A stretch of 64,000 nt of DNA from an uncultured bacterium (GTDB lineage: Bacteria; JAGRBM01; JAHCIT01): positions 2,015 to 66,014 of the forward strand of contig CAZUMS010000007.1 of the NCBI GenBank assembly GCA_964621525.1, read 5' to 3'. The notes below the pieces were generated by a model. It was not told the origin of the DNA. It was given only the letters and a program-made list of their open reading frames with translations, and did not search any database. How positions within the stretch are numbered: position 1 is the stretch's first letter; each line of letters opens with the position of its first letter. Shown here piece after piece: positions 57,935 to 64,000 of the stretch. A program made the position numbers and the translations under genes.

Positions 57935-58611
57935 GCACCCGGTTCCTCGACTTATCCAACCCCGTTCATCGAAACGTCATGATCGTCGAGGCGAGTTGGA
58001 CTCTAGCCGTTGTGCTGCTTTGCCTCTTGCGGCTCATGGATTCCGTACTGGCTTTCCATTCCCCCATGTACTCAGGAAATCGGATCTATGGAGACCCCGA
58101 GAACGTAATCTGGACGGCAACTTTTGGATGCGGCATTCTGGCGATCTCGTTCTGGGCCACCGGATATTCACTGATCAAACGTCAGGGACGGATACTGGCG
58201 TTCCTCAGCCTCCCTGTATTGCTGACCATATCCCTCTCAGCCATTTTTCTGTCAGCTCGCATCGGTGGAATTTATTCGCATAGAAATGTCACGCGGATAA
58301 CCAGCGGCTTTTCCACAACGATCAACAGGATATCCCAGTATCAGCGAAGGCATGGCTTCCTTCCGGAATCGCAGTCCGAAGCTGTCAGCCAGGAGCTGCT
58401 TGTTCCCCCTGAGCACAGCCTGCCAGTATTTCGGAGTTTCCAGTATATCCCGCCGAATGATCAGAGCCCTGCATGGACATTACGGACCTTGTGTCCTTCC
58501 GGGATCACGCATTGCGATGTTCTGATTTACCAGTCCGACCAGGAATGTGAATACATGGCCGAAGGGGTTGAGGTCCGGCGCATCAACGGCTGGTGTTACT
58601 ACGATTACTAA
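57931..58611 (+). CDS. Hypothetical polytopic membrane protein with Cys-rich C-terminal tail (lower-GC patch)
   Basis: ATG 57931 overlapping the upstream stop; 4 TM helices; C-terminal CPSGITHCDV...CEYMAEGVEVRRINGWCYYDY. Confidence 0.5.
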   Translation: MSTRFLDLSNPVHRNVMIVEASWTLAVVLLCLLRLMDSVLAFHSPMYSGNRIYGDPENVIWTATFGCGILAISFWATGYSLIKRQGRILAFLSLPVLLTISLSAIFLSARIGGIYSHRNVTRITSGFSTTINRISQYQRRHGFLPESQSEAVSQELLVPPEHSLPVFRSFQYIPPNDQSPAWTLRTLCPSGITHCDVLIYQSDQECEYMAEGVEVRRINGWCYYDY

Positions 58612-58615
58612 ACAC

Positions 58616-58637
58616 TCCTGAGCGCATTTCCTCAGGA
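58616..58637 (+). terminator. Hairpin tcctgag-cgcatttc-ctcagga immediately after the stop of the 57931-58611 gene; weak terminator candidate
   Basis: 7-bp perfect stem 5 nt after TAA; only a short T-tract follows. Confidence 0.3.
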
Positions 58638-58684
58638 ATCAGTTTCAGCCCCAATAATTCCATGAAGAAGCCTCAAAAGTTGAA

Positions 58685-58715
58685 CCCCGCGTCCGGTGGT
58701 AGGCCGGACACGGGG
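58685..58715. terminator. 12-bp-stem GC hairpin (ccccgcgtccgg-tggtagg-ccggacacgggg) between convergent genes; likely bidirectional terminator
   Basis: Seen in sequence; on the minus strand it is followed by ttcaactttt, downstream of the 756-aa lipoprotein stop at 58762. Confidence 0.35.
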
Positions 58716-58761
58716 TTCGTTGCCTGGGGAGCAAACCCGGTCATTTGCCGGATCTTTTCAG

Positions 58762-60993
58762 TCAGTCGGGAAGGGGCGGCGGGACCGGACGGTAAATCAC
58801 CGGGAGGTCCAGCTTCGGCACCCGAACGAGCGTGTAATGGAGTCCTTCGGCCGGGTTTCCGGGCGAGGGCTCGAAAGCGACGACGAGCGCCGCCGGTTCC
58901 ACGATCGTGAACGCCCGGACCACGGAGATGCCTTCGCCGGGAGCGGTCAGAACGGCCAGCGTCTCGGTAGCGAAATCCACATCGACTTCAGCGGGAAGGA
59001 ATGAATAGCCGGTACGGAGTTCGCCGTACTGGGCTTCGCTCCGGACCGTAATGAAAGGCCGGGGCGGCGCGATGCCGTCCCAGTCGCCCGCGCCGATGAT
59101 ATCGGCCGGGAGTTCGCTCTCGTCGATCTCCACCTTGCGATGCAGGCGGTAGACGGAAAGCGGGATTCCTTCGCACGGCGGCCCGGCGATCTCCGTCCCC
59201 TCCGGCGCATCTTCGGCAATTTCGATCGTGAGCCCTTCCGCAATAAAGGACGACGGATAGGTAAACGGACCGCCCACGAAGCCCGGATTGTGGGCATGGT
59301 ACGGGTAGAGGAGCACATAAACGGCATCGCTGTCCGCGGCATCCAGGGTGAGGCATCCGTTCGGATGGCTGGTCAAGAGACCTTCCACCGTCATCACGTC
59401 CACCGGCAGGATACCGGGATCGGCCGGCAAACTGCCCGGCGCGGCGTCGCTCGAGACTACCGTGTCGCCTTCGCCCGCAGGCTCAGGTGGTTCGAACGGA
59501 GCGGCTTCCGAGACGAAGAACGGCCGTCCGGGACAAAAATCCACTTCGTCTGCGGCCGGTGTGCCGGTGATGATCGCCGGGAGACCCAGGTGCGATTCAT
59601 CCGCCCACCAGGCGTCGGCAACCTCTCCGATCGGCCGGATAAAGCCCATGGGCGTATCGAGGACGTTGCAGCCCCCCTCGATGTCCAGATGCAGAGCGAT
59701 GCCGACGATCTTGCGGTCGCCTTCGGGGGGCGGCGGCGGGGGAAGCTCCTCGTATTCCGAGATGTAGAACGGCAGCGAGAACCGGCACTGGCCCATGCGC
59801 CCGAACAGCGGGAAGCCGCGCACATGGAACGGATGACCGCGTTTCTCCACGTTCTTCAGCTCGCCCGCCAGGGGGCCCATCGGTTCCAGAACAGGAACAA
59901 GCGGCAGGACAGGCAGGATGACAGCCGGGAGCGGCATCGGTTCGGTCGCCGCATCGCCGCCGATGGAGATTTCCACCGGCCCGCCACCGATATCGACCGG
60001 CATTCCCGGCAGCGCACCCGGATACTGGGGCGGCTGGACCACAAATCCGTCCGGAAGATCGGCGCCTTCGTCAAAATCAGGCGTGCCTGGAGGCGGTAGC
60101 GGATCAATAAAGGGAGCCATTCCCGGCGGAACCAGCTGCCAGCAGCCCTCGTTCTCCCGGCTCTGACGGAGGATACCGCGCGCCTGTGCGGGTTTCGGTA
60201 CCGGCGGCGGGCCCTCGAAGGTCTTGTAATCCATGATCCGGACCAGCATGCCGCAACGGCCGGGCTCGAGAACTGGGACGACCTCGCCGATCGCCGCCAC
60301 CACAGTTCCGGCCGCGAGTTCTCCGATGCCCGCGGCCAGCGGGCCAACCGGTGCGATAAGCGCCCGGTCCATGTCGTTCGCGATGTCCGGCGCCGTGCTG
60401 AGCAGGCTCAGGCACTCGTCTGTCTTAACTACCTTGCCGATGAACTGGAGCGGAAGCGCTCCGGCAGGAAGCGTCTGGATCAGCGGCCGGAATTCCCGCC
60501 GCACCTCGAACACTTCGTCTGCCCCGCAACGGGGATCCAGGTCCGGACGCGGAGCGCCCTGCACGGTCACGGCATATCCGTCGGGCAGTTCCACTTCTCC
60601 GGCTTCCAGCGATTCGCCGTCGAACGGGAGGTTTTCCGGCGGAAGGTTCAGGACCAGCTCATACTGGTCTCCTTCGGAGGTTTCGAGCAGGACACAGGCG
60701 CCCTCCGGCCGGATCTCGATGGCTCCCGGCAGGGGCGGTGCGAAACCGCCGTCTCCATCAGGGGGTTCTCCGGCTCCGGGGAACCCCGGTTCAGCCGCCG
60801 CCGCCACGGACAGGGCGGTGACGGCAGAATCGCTGCTCAGCGACGCGATTCCAGAAAGTTCCTGTACCTGATAGTCCGGCTGGGGCCCGGACGGATTCCC
60901 GCCCGTCGTATTCTGGCCGCAGGCCGCGAGTGCCGCCGCTAGCAGCGATGCCGCGGCCAGCGAGTAAGCGGAGGACCGGCGTACGTTTTTCAT
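58762..60993 (-). CDS. Pro-rich predicted lipoprotein (about 744 aa), unknown function
   Basis: Start set at MKNVRRSSAYSLAAASLLAAALAACG (ATG 60991-60993, RBS AAAGGA 9 nt upstream); lipobox LAAC; many PPxP runs, no recognisable enzymatic motif. Confidence 0.7.
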   Translation of the reverse strand: MKNVRRSSAYSLAAASLLAAALAACGQNTTGGNPSGPQPDYQVQELSGIASLSSDSAVTALSVAAAAEPGFPGAGEPPDGDGGFAPPLPGAIEIRPEGACVLLETSEGDQYELVLNLPPENLPFDGESLEAGEVELPDGYAVTVQGAPRPDLDPRCGADEVFEVRREFRPLIQTLPAGALPLQFIGKVVKTDECLSLLSTAPDIANDMDRALIAPVGPLAAGIGELAAGTVVAAIGEVVPVLEPGRCGMLVRIMDYKTFEGPPPVPKPAQARGILRQSRENEGCWQLVPPGMAPFIDPLPPPGTPDFDEGADLPDGFVVQPPQYPGALPGMPVDIGGGPVEISIGGDAATEPMPLPAVILPVLPLVPVLEPMGPLAGELKNVEKRGHPFHVRGFPLFGRMGQCRFSLPFYISEYEELPPPPPPEGDRKIVGIALHLDIEGGCNVLDTPMGFIRPIGEVADAWWADESHLGLPAIITGTPAADEVDFCPGRPFFVSEAAPFEPPEPAGEGDTVVSSDAAPGSLPADPGILPVDVMTVEGLLTSHPNGCLTLDAADSDAVYVLLYPYHAHNPGFVGGPFTYPSSFIAEGLTIEIAEDAPEGTEIAGPPCEGIPLSVYRLHRKVEIDESELPADIIGAGDWDGIAPPRPFITVRSEAQYGELRTGYSFLPAEVDVDFATETLAVLTAPGEGISVVRAFTIVEPAALVVAFEPSPGNPAEGLHYTLVRVPKLDLPVIYRPVPPPLPD

Positions 60994-61142
60994 GATGGTC
61001 ATTCCTTTGCCGGGAAACCGCCCCTTGCGCATCCGGTGCGGTGCGGGGGTTTCCCTTGTCTGTGTTGTTTCCGTTCATGGCTACCATCCGGTGTCGAATC
61101 TGTTCCCCAGTGAAAGATCTCCGCGGTACGGACGGTCAGCTG

Positions 61143-63173
61143 CTATTCGAAGACATACCGCACCTCCGACTGTTCCCCCCTGGGTCCTCTCACCATCAGT
61201 TCCACTTCGGCCCGGTTCAGCGGCCCCGGCGACGTTCCGCAAGGCACCGGCCAGACAGCCGGCAGCGATATAGTCGCCTGGCTCTGGTCATCCGCGCTGG
61301 ACACCTCAATGGGTGCGAGCTGACAGACATTCGGCCCGCTCATCACGCGCCCGATCAGCTGGACCGAGACGATCGGATAGCTTTTCGGGAGCACCCACTG
61401 GATCGTGAGCGGTCCGCCGAGATTGGCTGCGGCCAGCGTGTGGAGCGTGGGTGAAGTGATCGCTGCCGCTTCGGTCGTGTTCGCTCCGAGCTGACGGGAC
61501 TGGATCGCCGGATCGGCCGTCTCCGGCGCCGCCGACGTCACCGTGATTTCAAACGTCTCACCGACGGCGGGCGGTGTCGGGCCCAGTGGCTGAAGGATCG
61601 AATAGACATCCCGCTGGAGCGTCAGGTTATCCGCCGGATTGGGCGTCGGCTTCACGATTTCGGTCCGCGGTTGTGGCAGCAGGAATAGCGATGTCGCCGA
61701 CGGGAACACGCCCGTCCCCGACGGCAGGCTCCGGACGGATGCCGCCGAGACAAGTCCCTGCGGCGCGAGCGCCTCGACAAGCAGCACCCGCTCCACCGTA
61801 GTCCCAGTCCCGGTCATGATCGTCCGGTGAATCGAGATAAGACGGCGGCGAGCAAGGTTCCGGTCGCCCGAGAATAACCAGCCGGAGGTCCCCTTTATCA
61901 TCGTGAACTCCACCGGAGGCCGCTTGAGAACCGCGAAGGGCGGCGGCACGTAATCCGGAAGCCCCGCTCCCGGCGGCAGCGGGGGAGGAGGCGCGTCCGG
62001 CGGTTCGAGGCTGCCCACGAACAACGGCCGGTCGACGATCTGGGGAATGGGACCCAGGGCAACACGAACCACCTTGTTGATCCGGTCGTAATGAACGAGC
62101 CGAACGGGTTCGGCCCCCACAACTTTCCCGCGCAGCATTCCGGCCAGCCGGGCGGCCGCGATATCCCGGTTCTCGCCCGCATTCAGATAGTCAGAAGCGA
62201 ACAGCGGCAAGAGATCGGATGCGGTGAGCAGCGTGCCGCGGCTATTGGCGATATCCGCCGCCCTCTGGATTACCGACTGGGCGCCGCTCATCGCCTCCCG
62301 GAGTTCCGTATCCCCCGGAAGCAGAAGTAGCTGCTCTTCGCCGCTATCACCCGACGGACCGATCGCGGACATTTCAAACCGGAGCTGACGTCCGTCGCCG
62401 GGAGAACCCGGCACGGCGGCGATTCCGATCTCTACCTGTACGTCGCCGTTCACGATCATGAAGGACCGGCGGTCCGGCGCGACCGTGAGGGAGTCCAGCA
62501 GGGCGTCGAAACCGGTTCCATCGGGGCTGAAGGCGGCTTCAAGGGCCAGCCCGTCGCTTCCGTAGGCTACCGGATCGGCGAGGAATGCCAGGTCTCCACC
62601 CGGGAATGCCCGCACGAGTGCGTCCGAGATCGGGCCGATAATGCTTTCGATCTCCTCCCGCGACGGGTAGGGGCTGGAGGGCCCGAATTCGGGGAAAACG
62701 TCGTCAAGCTCCAGATCAAGCGCGAGATAGTACACCGCCACCAGCAGGTCGCTGAACGGATGCACATTGATGTAAACGTAAGACTGTCCGGGGCCGGTTG
62801 CTCCGCCAGCGGAGGATTCCGAGCCTTCACTTCCGGTCACTGGACTGTCCATGGCTTCGGCTGCCGCATCGTCACTCGCCCGGGCGAAGGCATAGAGCGT
62901 GTGTCCGCTTTCCAGATCCGCCCGGACAAAATATGGAGGAACGAGCCGGGTGACATCGGCCTCGTAGAAGCCGGAGACGTCGGCTTCGGCCTCCACTTCG
63001 GCGCCATTCGCCCCGCGCACTGTCACCGACGCATAGGAGCCGGCGGCTCCTTCGGCGACGGTGCCCTGCACTGTGATGGCATTGCCCGTATCGATGCCGC
63101 CGCTTTCCCCGCAGGCACCCGCGCCCGCCAAAAGGATGAAAGCGGCAGCGATCCGGAGCAGCAGCCTGTTCAT
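61143..63173 (-). CDS. Predicted lipoprotein (676 aa), unknown function
   Basis: MNRLLLRIAAAFILLAGAGACG lipobox; ATGA overlap (63170-63173) with the upstream TIGR02147-like gene. Confidence 0.7.
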   Translation of the reverse strand: MNRLLLRIAAAFILLAGAGACGESGGIDTGNAITVQGTVAEGAAGSYASVTVRGANGAEVEAEADVSGFYEADVTRLVPPYFVRADLESGHTLYAFARASDDAAAEAMDSPVTGSEGSESSAGGATGPGQSYVYINVHPFSDLLVAVYYLALDLELDDVFPEFGPSSPYPSREEIESIIGPISDALVRAFPGGDLAFLADPVAYGSDGLALEAAFSPDGTGFDALLDSLTVAPDRRSFMIVNGDVQVEIGIAAVPGSPGDGRQLRFEMSAIGPSGDSGEEQLLLLPGDTELREAMSGAQSVIQRAADIANSRGTLLTASDLLPLFASDYLNAGENRDIAAARLAGMLRGKVVGAEPVRLVHYDRINKVVRVALGPIPQIVDRPLFVGSLEPPDAPPPPLPPGAGLPDYVPPPFAVLKRPPVEFTMIKGTSGWLFSGDRNLARRRLISIHRTIMTGTGTTVERVLLVEALAPQGLVSAASVRSLPSGTGVFPSATSLFLLPQPRTEIVKPTPNPADNLTLQRDVYSILQPLGPTPPAVGETFEITVTSAAPETADPAIQSRQLGANTTEAAAITSPTLHTLAAANLGGPLTIQWVLPKSYPIVSVQLIGRVMSGPNVCQLAPIEVSSADDQSQATISLPAVWPVPCGTSPGPLNRAEVELMVRGPRGEQSEVRYVFE

Positions 63174-64000
63174 GGCTTCTCCCTCCGGGTGAGCGGAACC
63201 ACATGGATACCGACCGAGAATACATCCCTCGGCTGGCCGTCCTGCGGTTCCATGCTGTAACGGTCGAGCAGTTCGGCACGATAACGGGTGATCTCGGCAA
63301 CGAACTCCTCGTACTGGGAACGGGACAGGTTAAGCGTCAGTGAGGTCACATTCCGTTCCTCTACCGGCAGTGCGTCCAGGCTCCGGGCCGCATTTTCGAG
63401 CATGGACCGGTGGAAGTTCCGGACGGCCAGCGAACGCACCGTCGGGGGAGTCGCCAGTTTGGGAGCAGTGGGTTTCAGAACACCGTCCGCGTTGCGCTCC
63501 ACGAGCCCGGCCTTCTCAAGTGCCTCCAGCGCCTTCTTCACATCCGCCGGCGGGACCTGCGGAAACAGCCGCTTCGAGATCCAGACCGGGTCCTCCCGGA
63601 AATCCTCCTGAAGCATCATCTGGTGGATCGCGAGAGCCCACCACATGGAATAGACGTCGTACTGGGCCTGTTCGATCATCACCGGTTCGCTGGCCGAACG
63701 GCGCATCTGGCGGAACCGGGTGTAGTAGCGGTTACGTTCCGAATCCGATTCCGCCTGACAGTAGAGGACAAGCGCCTCGAACTGGTCGTGCTCGCGGTCC
63801 GAGAGACCCAGGCCCCGGGCGAACTTCACGATTCCGCTCGAATTGAGCCCCCGCTTCCCTTCCATCACCAGCGACAGGAAGTTCGTCGTCGAATAACCGG
63901 CACGACGTGCGAACTGCCGCTGCGAGAATCCGCCGGGGCGGGTCTTGAGGTGAGCGACCATGGCCTTCAGATAGGCCCGGTAGTCCTCGAAGTCCGCCGG
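63170..64000 (-). CDS. TIGR02147/DUF4423-family HTH regulator, C-terminal ~275 codons; N-terminus beyond window end
   Basis: Frame stays open upstream of the annotated ATG to the window edge (…PADFEDYRAYLKAMVAHLKTRPGGFSQRQFARRAGYSTTNFLSLVMEGKRGLN), matching the DYR.YL…FS.R.FA.KAG..S.…L..V..GKR.L N-terminal HTH signature of the family. Confidence 0.6.
   Translation of the reverse strand, partial: PADFEDYRAYLKAMVAHLKTRPGGFSQRQFARRAGYSTTNFLSLVMEGKRGLNSSGIVKFARGLGLSDREHDQFEALVLYCQAESDSERNRYYTRFRQMRRSASEPVMIEQAQYDVYSMWWALAIHQMMLQEDFREDPVWISKRLFPQVPPADVKKALEALEKAGLVERNADGVLKPTAPKLATPPTVRSLAVRNFHRSMLENAARSLDALPVEERNVTSLTLNLSRSQYEEFVAEITRYRAELLDRYSMEPQDGQPRDVFSVGIHVVPLTRREKP

Overview
High-GC (~65%) bacterial chromosomal segment from a Gram-negative-type organism (Pal/OmpA lipoprotein, lipoboxes, sigma-54 machinery). 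Phylum cannot be assigned from sequence alone. The rpoN-hpf-ptsN-hprK-rapZ-EIIA-HPr layout is typical of deltaproteobacterial/Myxococcota-type genomes, while the TIGR02147-like regulator also occurs in FCB-group bacteria.

Positions 1-32.5 kb are conserved housekeeping, almost entirely on the minus strand:
- the 5' end of a molybdopterin oxidoreductase
- a metallophosphoesterase, Hsp20, a class-I aminotransferase, coaD and rsmD
- a complete division/cell-wall (dcw) cluster, mraZ-rsmH-ftsL-ftsI-murE-murF-mraY-murD-ftsW-murG-murC-murB-ddl-ftsQ-ftsA-ftsZ, with the usual ATGA/GTGA translational-coupling overlaps
- a 316-bp AT-rich promoter region upstream of mraZ
- a flippase-like membrane protein
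- the regulatory nitrogen-PTS/sigma-54 cluster rpoN-hpf-ptsN-hprK-rapZ-EIIA(Man)-HPr
- pyrG

Positions 32.6-64 kb are accessory-like and carry the unusual content:
- a tandem operon of two giant exported proteins, a 1332-aa lipoprotein followed 24 nt later by a 2289-aa secreted protein carrying a duplicated dockerin-like F-hand motif and YVTN-type beta-propeller strands
- a divergently transcribed 1186-aa protein fusing an ~780-aa coiled coil, one TM helix and a C-terminal NodB polysaccharide deacetylase
- a small GIY-YIG protein, a stand-alone Fis-type HTH protein and an XRE regulator
- a divergent pair of catalytically degenerate sigma-54-activator (bEBP) AAA+ paralogs, one fused to a 7TM receptor and one to a pseudo-receiver, both lacking GAFTGA, Walker motifs and a DNA-binding domain
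- Pal, a ChaN/Tiki-like protein, a ParA-like ATPase and a Tat-exported FAD oxidase
- a lower-GC patch with two coupled membrane proteins
- two Pro-rich lipoproteins translationally coupled to a TIGR02147/DUF4423-like HTH regulator that runs off the window end

No rRNA, tRNA, CRISPR array or transposase was recognisable by eye. Many long antisense or alternate-frame ORFs in the supplied track are high-GC artefacts and were rejected.
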